A stretch of 64,000 nt of DNA. Source: Octopus vulgaris (Eukaryota). The position numbers and the translations under genes are program-made. Below, piece by piece: positions 1-12,690 of this stretch. The notes beneath the pieces are model-generated. The model searched no databases. It was not told the DNA's origin and saw only the letters and a list, made by a program, of their open reading frames with translations. Within the stretch, counting starts at the first letter, position 1. Each line of letters opens with the position of its first letter. The stretch is from the NCBI GenBank assembly GCA_951406725.2, contig OX597831.1, forward strand, positions 52,142,001-52,206,000. The letters run 5' to 3'.

Positions 1-185
1 AAAGCACCCACTACACTCTCGGAGGGATTGGCATTAGGAAGGGCATCCAGCTGTAGAAACATTGCCAGATCAGATTGGAGCCTGGTGTGGCCTACTGGCT
101 TGCCAGTCCTCAATGAAACTGTCCAACCCATGCCAGCATGGAAAGCGGATGTTGAATGATGATGATGATGATGATGATGATGATG
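1..185 (+). mobile_element. 3' part of an abundant SINE-like repeat with (GAT)n tail
   Basis: GGCATTAGGAAGGGCATCCAGCTGTAGAAAC...CCATGCCAGCATGGAAAGCGG(GAT)n. Further copies at ~7150-7460, 24735-24990, 27590-27815, 29380-29555, 35240-35645, 43452-43640, 48742-48930, 50920-51115 (+) and 5760-5910, 54995-55297, 62660-62900 (-). Confidence 0.85.
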
Positions 186-1080
186 GTATATATATGTAGA
201 TATGTATATAATGTATTGATGTATAGCCGAGTGTATATCTAAGTGTGTGCATCTGTATGTGTGTGTAGAAAGCTAGACAATTAAATCTCTTCTCTGTTTT
301 TATGTGGGATATCTGATTTGATATCTGTGGATCACTGACTTTGTGCCCACTGAGAATTGGAGACATTTGCTTGGATACCTATACCACAATATACAATGTT
401 GCATTTCATAATCTCCATTACCTTCTCTCTCTCTGCCTCTGTGTGTGAGTGTATGTGTGTGTGAGAGAGATAGAGAGAGAGAGAGAGAAAGAAAGAAAAA
501 AGAAAGAAAGAAAGAAAGAGTTTCTACACTCATTTTTTGAAGCATGTGATTTAATGGTTTCTTTCATAAAAACTATAGGGATATATGTGTATGTGTGCAT
601 GCATGTATTAATTTGCAAGCATAATAACTGTGTGTGTGTGTGCATATATATGTATATAGATATGTTTATGTATATATATATATGTGTGTTTGTGTGTGTG
701 TGTGTGTGTATATATACGCACACACATATAGATGTATATATATAAATATATACACACACACACACAAATATATACATACATACAAACATATATATGTTTA
801 TATATATATCATGTACATAAATTTTCTATAGAATGAGTGCGTGGGAAAAGAGTGTGTATTATGGATGTATAAATATTTATTTATCTCTTAAAAAAATTAT
901 CTATTTATAAATACGTACACACAGATTTATATATTCATATATGTGTGTGTGTGTTTCTATGTTTATGTGAGAGAGAAAGACCATTGTTTGTTAAGACAAA
1001 GTACTTTAGAGGACCAAATTAAATGCATCTAATTTTTAAAATATTATTCTTACTTTTTTTTTTATTGTTTTTCTATCTAG

Positions 1081-1189
1081 GTTGACAAAACAGCTTCCAA
1101 TGGGCCGAGCTTTTGTGTGCATGGATACAGACAAACTACCTCAGATATTACAACAGATATTCTCGTCAACAATGTTATCATCTGATTGA
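1081..1189 (+). CDS. VWA8: Terminal coding exon of von Willebrand factor A domain-containing protein 8
   Basis: Polypyrimidine tract plus TAG acceptor ends at 1080. After 1 carry-over nt the exon reads LTKQLPMGRAFVCMDTDKLPQILQQIFSSTMLSSD-stop (TGA 1187-1189). This closely resembles the vertebrate VWA8 C-terminus as recalled (LQRTLPAGRSFVAMDTKDIPQILQQIFTSTMLSSV). Upstream exons lie outside the window. Confidence 0.85.
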
Positions 1190-1227
1190 TGACAAGGAAG
1201 CAATGTGTGTCATGCCGTTTAAAACTT

Positions 1228-1421
1228 TCATATTTGATAGCATTAAAGATGCACGGGCATGTTAGATGCACTCTAATTTCAACAGCACATATTCAGGAGA
1301 TAGAGATTTTAGTGCATTAACACTTATGGGAAGCCCAACTTTGTACATAAGACCCAAAGTGATTTTTTTTTAGACATTTCTTGGTGGGAAAATAGTATGT
1401 CCTATATGCCATTAAATACAG
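1228..1421. mobile_element. Old DNA-transposon (pogo/Tigger-like) fragment just 3' of the VWA8 stop
   Basis: TCATATTTGATAGCA...TTAGATGCACTCTAATTTCAACAG...ATATTCAGGA recurs at ~47628-47725. It ends in GTCCTATATGCCATTAAATACAG, resembling a pogo-type TIR end. Confidence 0.4.
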
Positions 1422-1554
1422 TTTTCTATGAACTGCTAAACTGTGGTGACAAGCAATCAGAACATTTTATAACTCTGCTATTAAGTCAACTTCACATTTT
1501 TTTCCCAGCTTATACCATTTTTACAAACTACATCACTTAGCACAAACCAACGAA

Positions 1555-2845
1555 GGGGGATCTCTATGTGGTCTGGTTACTTGATCTGTTAGAAATTGTA
1601 ACTTAAGTCTCCTCAGATTGTATCAAGCTGTCTTAACCCTTTATCATTTAAACCGGTAATTATCCAGCCCAAATGTTCTACCAGTTTTATGTCCAAACTG
1701 GGCATATGTGGCCTCTCACACTTACTCTTCAATGTCATTCTAAAAATATACTATCACATCCTTGAAATCTCAAAGTTATGAGATAAAGTATGATTAATTC
1801 AAAACAAAGTGAATAAATAAGTATCAAATAAATAAGTGTTACATCTGAATGATAAAGGGTTAATTTGAAAGGATTTATTGGATTAAGTCATTCTAGATGT
1901 TTGCACATTGGTAAAAGATGGTATTGGCACGGATGGAATGTCTTTGATTGTTCATCTCCTTGGTCAAAGATGACCTGTAGCTAAACAACAACGGCAAAAA
2001 AATAACCATATCATCATCATCACTACACACAAGTCAATGAAAGAAAGCCTTTATGTGGTCATTTGATCTGCTAGAAAAAGTAACTAAATCTCTCTCAAAT
2101 CATCTGATTGACTTAAAAAATAGTGGTCACTTGCCTAATATGATCTTGGTTTCCTTGTATAGAGGAAAAAGGCAAGATGGGCATGTCTGGATTACCTTTA
2201 ATCATAGGCTTTTTTTTCCATCAGGGCTAAACTAGGGCTAAACAACAACAGTAACACTACAGCCTCTACAGTGTCACTTAGCCAACTAGAAAAGGCTGTG
2301 TAAACTTTCTGTAAATATTCCTGATTGATTTTAAAAAGGGAAGAATACATATGTATCCAAGATAAGAAGTCGTAAGTACATTCATACTTTTGAATGAAAA
2401 AAAAAGAAGGGATGGTCATGGCTGGGATGTCTTCTATTAAATGCCTTCTCAGTCAGAATTAATGTAGGATTAAACAGCTTTAGGGACTTTCCTACACACA
2501 AACCAATAAGAGGGCTTCTACATGGTCACTCAAAATGTGGGAGAAAGCAGTCAATTATCTCCTAGGTCATATCCTAATGTCTTTAAAAAAAGGAGAAGGA
2601 AGAAGATATTGGCAAATATAGTTCTAAATATTCCAGTGTCTGAATATAAGATGGTAAGGTCATGGCTGGAATGTCTGTTTGATCAGGATTAACCTGCAGC
2701 TAAACTACATCACTACCTTGTTTCATTTGAACCATTTGGATTATGTAATCCTAGATACACTATGCCTGAATAAACAATGAGACATATGATGTCATTGATC
2801 ATCTGTTTGTCAACCCTGTCAAGGCTGACCTGTGGCTAAATACAT
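1555..2845 (+). repeat. Tandem cluster of ~5 decayed copies of an old SINE-like family
   Basis: Recurring TGTGGTCATTTGATCTGCTAGAAA...GGTCATGGCTGGAATGTCTTTGATC...GACCTG(G)GGCTAAACAACAAC modules. Inverted copy at ~3243-3320/3611-3660; more copies at ~9420-9560 (-) and 10840-11510 (+). Confidence 0.7.
1637..1859. mobile_element. piggyBac-type MITE
   Basis: Perfect 12-bp TIR CCCTTTATCATT/AATGATAAAGGG with TTAA on both sides (1633-1636, 1860-1863). Confidence 0.85.
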
Positions 2846-3385
2846 ATTTGGAACAAATAATACTGACAGTGTTCAGTTAATGCTGTTATTATTTGTAGTA
2901 GTAAGGGTTGGGGAATAGCTGTAGGGCTACATTAGTAGGGCCAAGACTTGAAGAAATGAGTCACTCAAGAGTCCAAATCTTGGCTACATTCAGATTTTTC
3001 TTATCTCTTCCTCTCTCTCTTTGCTTTTTTTCTCTATTTGATAAATTGTCAGACTTTTTTTTCTTAATATTTCCTGCATGGTATTAGTCAATCTAGAGCT
3101 ATAGGAAGAAATATTTAATGTGCCCATACAGCAGGAATGGACCTGGAACCATTTGGTTGCAAAAGAAACTTCTGAACCAGTTCTGTCTGCACCTCTTTTT
3201 ATATAAAAAAAAAATATTAAAAAAAAAATAGTGAAGTACATATGTTGTTTGGTCCCAAGTCAACCTTGGCTGAGCAGATCTGTGATAAAAAGACATTGCA
3301 ACCACGACCATCCTGTCTTTTTGTATATCTAAGAGTAAAGACTATAAAGACTATAGTCTTCGATAACAACTAGTGTGTGCTTTAA

Positions 3386-3606
3386 CCCTTTAGCATCTAA
3401 GCCAGCCATATCCATCTAAAATATTTTACCTGCTTTATGTTCAAATCAGCTAGATTCTGGCTTCTCACACCTACGCTTTAATGTTATTCTAAAAATAAGC
3501 AATCACATTGTCAAAATCTCAGAGCAATAAGGCAATGCATGATGAATTCATATCAATACGAATAAATGAGTATTACGTTTGATAGAGAAATCTGAATGCT
3601 AAAGGG
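3386..3606. mobile_element. piggyBac-type MITE, same family as 1637-1859
   Basis: TTAA-CCCTTTAGCAT...ATGCTAAAGGG-TTAA; internal sequence colinear with 1637-1859. Confidence 0.85.
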
Positions 3607-3933
3607 TTAAGGGAATTTGATTGCTATTTCTAGCAAATCAAGTAATTATATAAGGCTCCCTTGTTGATAATTGTGGTGATTATTGTAATGGTACTGTTGG
3701 GGATTTCTGGAAATTCTTTGACTGTTGACCATTTTTGTTGTACTTTTTTTTAAAAAAAATTGTGAATACATTTTGTAAGCTGAAAATAAATTTTAAATTG
3801 TTAAGATTAAACTATTAGTGAATTATTGGTAAATTCTTGACTTTTGATGTCAGTTCTGTTTCTTTATTGTACCAAAGTTGATACCAAAATTTGTCCACGT
3901 AAACATACATGAATCTCAATTTCTTCATGTTAA

Positions 3934-4385
3934 CCCTTTTACTCTAGAAGGCAGATCTATTTACTCAAAATTTCATTTCCCTTAAGTGCAGAAAGTAGTT
4001 TTATATACCAATTTATCTTTTGTTGAGAAATGCCATATTTGAGACTATTTTCTGTTGAGATATGTCAACATTATTAAGATAACATGACTTGTACAAAATA
4101 CCAGTTCTATTTTTTTGTAGATTTTAACCTTTTAGCAATTAAACTGGCCATATCCGGCCTAAATATTCTGCATGTTCTATGTGCAACCTGGCCAGATCCG
4201 GCCTCTCACACTTATCAAACAATGTCACTCTAAAAGTAAACAATCACATCATTAAAATCTCAAGACTACAAGATAATGTATGATTACTTCAAAGATGTGA
4301 ATATATAAGTATTACATTTGACAGAGAAATCTGATTGCTAAATGGTTACTGGAATAACCAAGAATTTAATTCTGCAGTAAAAGGG
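3934..4385. mobile_element. TTAA-type MITE with a nested third copy (4128-4345) of the 220-bp MITE
   Basis: Outer TIR CCCTTTTACTCTAGAA/TTCTGCAGTAAAAGGG with TTAA/TTAG flanks; inner element CCTTTTAGCAAT...ATTGCTAAATGG. Confidence 0.7.
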
Positions 4386-4639
4386 TTAGGCCCAATCAGA
4401 CACACAAGGAGCACAGTTTGTTACTATTGTGACCTTTGATGACTACAATTGATCAAAGCTTCTGCTTCAAATATCTTGATGTTTCAACAGTTCAGAGTCC
4501 ATGTTTTACATCCATACATTAATGGTGAAATGATACACCATGAGTTTGGTTTCTTGACTTAAAATTTTGTTTCTGAATTTGTAATCTGCTAAGAGCAACA
4601 TGGCCAGCATGAAGAATCCTGTTTTCCATATCCTGCTCT

Positions 4640-5254
4640 AGAGTTGCATTGCATTGAGAGGAGACTTCCAAGGTAAAAGAAAGGTATTTGAGATGGCAAC
4701 GGCTTATCCTGTCCTTCTCATAAGCTGTCTCCTCAATGCATTCAAAATAATTTTTCCATCATCTTGGCTTAACAGCCCTCATCGTTTGTTTTTATTGTGT
4801 TATTCTCTTTGTTCTGTCTTTTACTGTTTTTATTTGTACTGTTTTTACTGTCCTGTTCTTGTTACCACTTTTACCCCTCCACAAAAAAATCCCAAATTTT
4901 ATTTAATTTGCTTTGCGGGAAGGACTGTTTCAATGAAGTCGCATCTTGTCCTTACCTTCGAAATGCGGAGTAGACGAAACAGGGACAACTGAAGAAGGGG
5001 AATATTCCTTGTGTTGTATGTCTTGTACTCTGTTTTTTTGTTGTTTGAAAAAAGTTTGTTTCCATGTTTTTGTTTTTATGTTTTCGTTTCTCATTGTGTT
5101 CAACGTTTTTTTGGTGTCCTGTACCCATATATGGATGTATATAGAAATATAGATGTAGGTATGTACATATATGTATGAATATATACCTATGTTTATATAT
5201 TATTTATGTTATTATATGATCATACGCCACACATCCATTTCCAAGTAAGTTTTA

Positions 5255-5260
<6 letters not shown>
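4640..5260 (+). mobile_element. Decayed 3' end of a Penelope-like element
   Basis: Frameshifted KERYLRWQRLILSFS/LSPQCIQNNFSII resembles the PLE GIY-YIG C-terminal motif (EQxLIxxLxTLxPxGIN). It is followed by a pyrimidine-rich tail, a hammerhead-like remnant (4925-4982) and (TA)n. Confidence 0.4.
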
Positions 5261-5302
<42 letters not shown>

Positions 5303-5306
5303 TTTT

Positions 5307-5579
5307 GACTGACCAGACCATCAGATGTTGCTACACATCGCTGGTCACAATGCGTTCGCATTGTTTTAGCCTTCGAATGACGCCATCCCGCTGGCTAAGC
5401 GAGCAGGCCAACAGAAGAAAGAGTGGTGAAAGAGTACAGCAGGGATCACCACCCCTGCCGGAGCCTTGTGGAACTTTTAGGTGTTTTTGCTCAATAAACA
5501 CTCACAACGCCCAGTCTGGGAATCGAAACCATGATCCTACGACCGCGAGTCCGCTGCTCTAACCACTGGGCCATTGCGC

Positions 5580-5582
<3 letters not shown>
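5307..5582 (-). mobile_element. tRNA-derived SINE
   Basis: Minus strand starts GGCGCAATGGCCCAGTGGTTAGAGCAGCGG (A box)...GGTTTCGATTCCC (B box); same head as 9955, 23687, 25405. Confidence 0.85.
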
Positions 5583-5654
<72 letters not shown>

Positions 5655-6149
5655 TGATAATAACTTCTGGATGGAAATTCACAGGCTTTATTAATGTATC
5701 ACAACATGTTTCTGCACCCCACATGTTCATAAGTTAGGAATTTTTTCGTATTCATAAGATATCATCATCATCATTGATTAACATCCTCCTTCCATGCTGG
5801 CATAGGTTGAATGGTTTGACAGGAGCTGGCTAAGCTTCTGTGTCAGTTTTGGCATGGTTTTTACAGCTGGATGCCCTTCCTAACACCACCCAATCTGTAG
5901 AGTGGGCTGAGTGCTTGATTTAAGATTAATCATATTCTTGCAAAGCACAAATCTAACTCCCGAAGAAGCATACACATTGTAATGGAGGAAAACTTGAAAT
6001 TCATAGACATTATGAATAATCTTAAATAATATCATATGAATATGAAAAACTACTACACTTATGAACATGTGGGATGCAGAAACATATGTTATGATAAATT
6101 AATAAAGCCCAAAACAAATTAAATGGATATATATATATATATATACATG

Positions 6150-6400
6150 TTCTCAGATTGCACTGTCCTCAGATTGACACCCAAACACTCTGAAATGTGA
6201 GCTTCCGGGGCAAATGCCGAGCAGTACAGCATGTTGTTTCTAAATTTCTGGCAAACTGAATTGCGTCATGGTGCTGTTTTCTCACAGATGGTGCCCAACT
6301 GACCCTACTGTACTGTGTAGTTAACGACATCAAAAACAAACAATGCACATGCGCAAAATGAAAAATATTAAAATGGCAACAATTTACCCATCACACCCTC
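6150..6400 (-). mobile_element. 5' fragment of a Tc1/mariner-like element
   Basis: Minus strand begins with TIR-like GAGGGTGTGATGGGTAAATT, then a decayed N-terminus MTQFSLPEI*KQHAVLLGI; TA-rich flanks. Confidence 0.4.
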
Positions 6401-6794
6401 TCTCTCTTTCGGAGAGGCACAAGCACCTACCCCTGTATATATATATATATATATTGGATATATATGTACATAACAGTAGACACAGTCAGTGTTCTAGCTA
6501 AGCTGGGGAGACATTTTACAATCAGCACACAAAGGTAAAATGTTCACACATGCAGGTTGCATTAACAGAAGAAATTTTCATGATGGATGCACATATATTT
6601 TGCTAAGAAAGACAATATTTACATACAATATATATATATATATATATATATAAATATATAAATAATATACAATATAAGAGCAAAAAGAGAAATTATAATG
6701 ACAGATATGCCGAAAAAAAGACAAAATTGTCAATAACCATTATAATTTATGCGCCTCAAAATAAACCGCTAGAAATTTCTAAAAAAATCCGTTA

Positions 6795-6855
6795 TTACCT
6801 TATTGGTCCCAATTTCGGGGTTAATTCATAAGAATTTTCCCCTCTTCAGCGATAA
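6795..6855 (-). ncRNA. Type-I hammerhead ribozyme motif in a PLE-like stub (~6660-7090) between (TA)n tracts
   Basis: Minus strand: TTATCG-CTGAAGA-GGGG...CCCC-GAA-ATTGG(GA)CCAAT-A-AGGTAA. Core and helices II/III intact; G.A mismatch at the first pair of helix I. Confidence 0.65.
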
Positions 6856-7086
6856 ATACGTCAGATATAAGTGAAATACTTACTCATACCCATGGAAAAA
6901 GCAAGCACTAAGTCCTGAGCAGACCTAAATACCTCAAATATATCCAAAATAGAAAATCTTTGGCACATCTCAAGACACGTGTGATTCAAACTAGAAACTT
7001 TCACAGAGTGAGAGAATCCAGAAGTGAACACTATTAAATTTATAACTAATGTAGGATAAAATTTTTTTTCCAGAAAAAATTTTTAT

Positions 7087-7135
<49 letters not shown>

Positions 7136-8637
7136 TGATGACCCTCATGGAGTCACTGATCCTTACAAAGGCAATGACAAGTGACTGAAACCTTTCGTGA
7201 TACGCTGTGCATGAGAAGACTCGTCAAGCCAAGTGAAATCATAGTCGTGGCCAATGCTGGTGCCACGTAACTGGCACCCAAACCAGTGACATGTAAAAGA
7301 CACCCATTACACTCTTGGAGTGGTTGGTGTTAGGGAGGGCATTCATCTCTGTAGAAACCATGCCAAATCAGACTGGAACTTGGTGCAGCTCTCCGGCTTA
7401 CCAGTTTCAGTCAAACTGTCTAATCCATGCCAGCATGGAAACCAGACACTAAATGATGATCCATATGTATATATATATGGTCCTCCTTTTGTTTAAGTTG
7501 AGTGTTCTAGGATGCAGTTTTAGGAAAGGCATGAGTGATACAGCTTAGCACCTGTGTCTTTGCAGAAGTTGCAGTTAGAATGCGAAGAACCAGAAGGAAT
7601 GCCACTAGGTATCCTATTCCATGCTACAAAAATTCCACCAATCCACTTCTCTGGATTGGTACTTATTTTATTAGTTCCAAACGAATGAACAGAAAGGTTG
7701 ACCTGCATGGGATTTGATCTTAGAGCAGAGAGAATTGGAACAAATACCAAAAGGCACACAAGCCAATTTTTTAACGATCTTACAGACATACACATACACA
7801 CACATACACATGCACACACACACACTGACATAATGTATGTGTAAATATTTTATTTGTGTGGAATTATATATGTATGTGTGTGTGTGTGTGTGTATATATA
7901 TGTTCGTATATATGTATGTATTTGCAAAGGTATTTGTCTATGTGTGTATGTTTTTGTGTGTGTTGGTGTATATGTGTGCATTTGTCTGTGTGTATGTGTG
8001 TGCATGTGTGTGTGTGTGTGCATAAATTGATGAGTCTGTATGTCAAAGTCAAAGTTATAGACTTGTTACTTTTTGTCTATAGATCTGCTTCCTCCTTCAG
8101 TCAGTCTCATATCATTGAAAAGCTATTAAATAATAACTGCAGCAGCAGTAACAACAACAACAACAGAAACAGCAGCAGAAGCAGCAACAACAACAATAAC
8201 TACACCAACAATGACTACAACAACAACAGCATTTGGAGGGGGGAGAAAAATCAATCCCAGCATGCATTTCTTTACAGATTTGATTTTCGCCAGCATCCTG
8301 GCTACAGTACAGTAATGTAACTGTTATCATCAATGTAATGACTATACAGGGTCGGTAAAGTGGTATCATAGTAGCGGGGAAGTGTAATAGATTTATGATT
8401 GAGCAATGATAGTGGACCGTTGGAAGCAGAGGGAGATATTGCGGTGTTGATGATGGTGTTGCAATAATGTTGATGTGTTACAACAAGGAGTACAGTGGCA
8501 GGGCTGGATGATAGTGTGTCTTGGGTGAAGTTTTAGAACAGAAGTGCTGTTGTGTTGGTAGAGTATTGCTGGCTGCAGTGTTAGGGATATGTAAGAACAA
8601 GAGTGCCACAGTGTTGGTGATATATGTTAGGACAGAG

Positions 8638-8868
8638 GGTGGCAAGGTGGCAGAAACGTTAGCACGCCGGGCGAAATACGTAGCCGTATTTCGTCTGCCG
8701 TTACGTTCTGAGTTCAAATTCCGCCGAGGTCGACTTTGCCTTTCATCCTTTCGGGGTCGATAAATAAAGTACCAGTTTCGCACTGGGGTCGATGTAATCG
8801 ACTTAATCCCTTTGTCTGTCCTTGTTTGTCCCCTCTATGTTTAGCCCTTTGTGGGCAGTAAAGAAATA
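8638..8868 (+). mobile_element. tRNA-like SINE with 19-bp TSD
   Basis: GGCAGAAACGTTAGCACG...GAGTTCAAATTCCGCCGAGGTCGACTTTGCCTTTCATCCTTTCGGGGTCGATAAA; TSD GATATATGTTAGGACAGAG at 8619-8637 and 8869-8887. Copies at 13735-13895(-), 28662-28890, 32105-32340, 55470-55680, 56570-56900(-), 58450-58720, 60315-60510. Confidence 0.9.
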
Positions 8869-9954
8869 GATATATGTTAGGACAGAGATTGTTGGTGTGT
8901 TGCTGGTGGAGTGTGTTGGTGGTAGTAATGGTGTGTTATTGGTAGTAATGCTAGTGACATGTTACAACTGAGGTACTGCATGTTAGAACCAAATTGTTGG
9001 TGTGTGTTTTGATGGAGTGTTAGATTAGTGGTACTCAGTGTTGTAAGAGTATTAAAGTGTTAAATTAAAGATGCTTCAGATGGTGGAGTGTTAGGGCAAT
9101 GTTGGTGGTGTGTTGGAATAAATATATAGCAGTGTTGGTAGAAAGTTAGAGTAGATATGCTGCAATGTTGAAGTAGTAGTACAAAAGTGTTGATGAAGTG
9201 GTATATTAGAGAGGATAGGTAGCAGTGTTAGTAGAGTGTTTGAGTAAAAATTCAGCAGTGTTGGTGCAGTGGTACAGAAGTGTTGACGAAGTGTGAAGTG
9301 TTAAGGCAATATTAGTTGGTGTGGTAGAGCAGATATACAGAATACAACTTTGTCTTTGTGTGTATGTCTTTGTTTGCCTTTCTGGATGTATGTGTGTGTT
9401 GTTGTTGTTCATGTTGTTGATGTTTAGCCCAAGACAGCTTCAATCAAACAGCTCTATGATCAAAAATATTCGGTCTGTGACCAGGTGTTTCCTATATTTA
9501 AGATGACAGCATGTTTGAAGGAGATCTGGATGTTATTTCTAGCAATTCAAGCAACTGCACAGACAGGTTCTTTTATCAGCTCATGTATGTATTTGGCTGG
9601 TTGCAAGCATGGCTGTGTGGATAAGAAGACAACTTGCCAACAACCACGCTGTGTCAGGTTCAATCTCACCTTGTTCAAGTGTTTTCTACTGTACTCTAGT
9701 CAGACCAAAATAGTGTTAGTGGATTTGGCAGACAGGAACTGCAAGAAGACTGTCATGTGTATATGTATGGGTATGAAACTTCGTCACTTTTACATTGACA
9801 ACTTGATTGCAGACCCTGGCTTAAAATGTGTCCAGGACCACAAGGCAGTGATGTTAGACTGGGAGTAGTGGTCAGTGGACTTTGTTTGCTGTGGCCTGGT
9901 TTGGAACTTGGCCATAAGAAGAAGATTTTTTGGGTATAGGCATAACCAAAGGTG

Positions 9955-10234
9955 GAGGCGCAATGGCCCAGTGGTTAAGGCAGTGGACTCGCGGTCAGAG
10001 GATCACAGTTTCGATTCCCAGACCGGGCGTTGTGTGTGTTTCTTAAGTGAAAACACCAAAAAGCTCCACAAGGCTCTGGCAGGGGGTGGTGGCAACCCCT
10101 GTTGTACTCTTTTGTCCCAACTTTCTCTCACTCTCTCCTCCTGTTTCTTGAGTAATGCTGTGATGGACTGACGTCCATACACCACAGAAACCGGGCCCAT
10201 GAGCCTGGCTAGGCTTGAAAAAGGCGCATAAATA
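9955..10234 (+). mobile_element. tRNA-derived SINE with 13-bp TSD
   Basis: A/B-box head GAGGCGCAATGGCCCAGTGGTTAAGG...GTTTCGATTCCC; TSD ATAACCAAAGGTG at 9942-9954 and 10235-10247. Confidence 0.9.
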
Positions 10235-11699
10235 ATAACCAAAGGTGAAGGAAACTGTTTCATAATCATAAGGTCTTGGGTCATCTAGTTTCACAATATA
10301 TCATGTACTTCGGGGAGATGTTTTCAGTAAAAGTCTTGGGTTGAATCAGCTTGTGCAGAAGCCTGTCTGAAAGATTCTACAGTAGGTAGAATAGGGCCAT
10401 CTATGTCACATTATCATTGAGGAAAATATTGCTAGAGCAGGTATTGGGCAACAGGTGGGCCACTGGAATGCTTTCTGTGGATCCTGGACTGAAACTTTTC
10501 TAGAATTATTCTAAATTTGATGTATTTGTGGGTCATCAAGCAGCTCAGGGGTTTTAATTAGTTTTTTGTGTCACAATTTGTTTAATCCTTTTGCCTCAAT
10601 AAGCAGTGTCCCTTTTTTTTTAGTCCTCTATGTGAAAACATATTTGGCCATGGGAAAATATTACCATACTCGTTAACAGATGAGGGTTGGCGACCGGAAG
10701 GGCGTCTGGACGTAAATAAATGGGAAAGAAAAGAAGAGATACAACAAAATGTTCTTATGAACTAAGTGGGAGGTTCACTCATTGCCTTTTCTAATTAGTT
10801 AAACACTCTCTCTACATTAATTTTGCAACCAGCCAAGGAGCTCTTACATTGTAGTGAGGATCTGCTAGAAATAGGAGTCAAACAGCTTTCAAATCTTGCT
10901 TTACCATTTTATAAAAAGACACATTAGAAAATGCCGTATGAATTACATTATGTTCAGGAGAGACACGTAGGGATAGTCACGATAAGAACATCTTTGATTA
11001 TATGTGTTCGATTTGGACTGAATTGGTTCTAAAGAGCAACATCGTCACCATCCTTAACACCATTAATGTCAACGAGTCAAAGAGGATGCATTTATGCAGT
11101 CGCTTGACCTGCTGAAAACAGCAAATTTCCCTCAAACGAAACCTTATCATCTTTAAAGAAAAAGAAATAGGACACATTGGATAATGTTGTCCTAGATACA
11201 TTATGTCGAGACAAAAAAAAACCCCGGAACTATAGATGGGACAGTTTTACAAAGGCGATCTTTGAGTTTGGCGCTCTACTCTCACTTTTGTCTCTGCAGC
11301 TGTGATAAAAGTGAAATTGAAGTGCTAAAGTAAAATATCACCCCTTGCTAATAAGTCTGCTCGAGTTGGGCTGGCCTGGGGCTAAAAGAACCAACGACGG
11401 ACACATTGTATATATAGTTCAAGATGTCTGATTAAAAGGAGAGTGGTGGCTAATAGAACACTTTTGATGATAAGGCTGCTGGATTAGACCTGATGTTGAG
11501 CTATAATAAAAAAATATTCTCACTTTGGCTGTATGATATATGAGACACCTTAAACTATTTCTGTTCCTATTGTTATATGTATTGCGAGATAAAAAAAAAA
11601 AAAAAAAACAGAAATTCGGATAATTCTCCTAATACTTCGGTAAGCGAAGCGTAAAACGGTTTGCGTCCGTAGATAAATAAATAAATAATAGAAATCAGT

Positions 11700-12100
11700 G
11701 CAAGGGGAGTAGAAAGAGATAAGGTATACGAGAGAGAGTGAGAGACACACACGTGTAGGAAGGGAGAAGGGATAGGAAAAGGAGTGATAGACATATGGAG
11801 GAATGACAGACATACGGGGAGTAGGAAGAGAAGCGACACATAACGCGGGGAGTAAGAAGAGGAGTTAACAGACACATGATGAATAGAGAGAGGGGGATGG
11901 CAGTGTATTATGAGATCGAGGCGGAGAGGCAGACATGGAATAGAGAAGGAGGAGGAGGAGGAAAGAGAGTGATGTGATGTAGGGAGAATGACGGACACGT
12001 GAGGAGAGAAGCAAGCGACACATGAGGAGTAGAAAGAGCCGTGATAGACATAAGCGGAGGGGAGGGGGAGATGGAGAGTAAATAGACAAACATGAAACAT
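11700..12100. repeat. Degenerate purine-rich minisatellite
   Basis: Recurring GACA(C/T)A(C/T)G...GGAG(T/A)AG(A/G)AAG units of roughly 30 bp. Confidence 0.55.
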
Positions 12101-12239
12101 GTAACGACTAACTGTAGCTGTGTATGTTTTGTCTGTGATTCTGTGTATGCGTGAAAAAATAGATAAAGAAGAAGAGAATGAATAGAGTAGAATGATTAGC
12201 AGATGTAGTGTAAAGAAACAAAAAAAAAAAAATGATTTA

Positions 12240-12512
12240 TCTTTTACTTGTTTCAGGCGTGTTAGACCACGGCCCATGCGGCGGCACCATCTTTTGGAAG
12301 GTTTAGTAGAACAAATCGACCCCCAGTACTTATCTTTTTAAAGCCTGGTATTTATTCTATCGGAATCTTTTCGCCTAACCGAAAGTCAAGGGAACGTAAA
12401 CAAACCAACACTGGTTGTCAAGAGCGGCGGTGGTGGTGGTGGTGGTGGACAAACTCAGACACGCGCGCGCACACACACACACACACGCACACGCACACGC
12501 ACACACACACGC

Positions 12513-12557
<45 letters not shown>

Positions 12558-12690
12558 TCGGATTTATTTCAGTTTCCGTCTACCAAATTCACTCACAAGG
12601 CTTCGGTCGGCTTGGGGCTAGTTATTGTTGAAGACACTTCCCCAAGCTACCACGAAGTGGAGCTGAACCCGGAACCATGTAATTGGGAAG
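12240..12690 (-). mobile_element. CORE-like tRNA SINE with internal (TG)n
   Basis: Same family as 53693-54123; minus strand ends CTGAAACAAGTAAAAG. Confidence 0.8.

Noticed and set aside
9955-10030. tRNA gene-like sequence (also at 5510-5582, 23615-23687, 25335-25405)
   Set aside because: These are SINE heads continuing into SINE bodies with TSDs; no proper acceptor stem or terminator.
11573-12277. 234-aa minus-strand ORF
   Set aside because: Spans a SINE end and a pyrimidine-rich degenerate minisatellite; low complexity.
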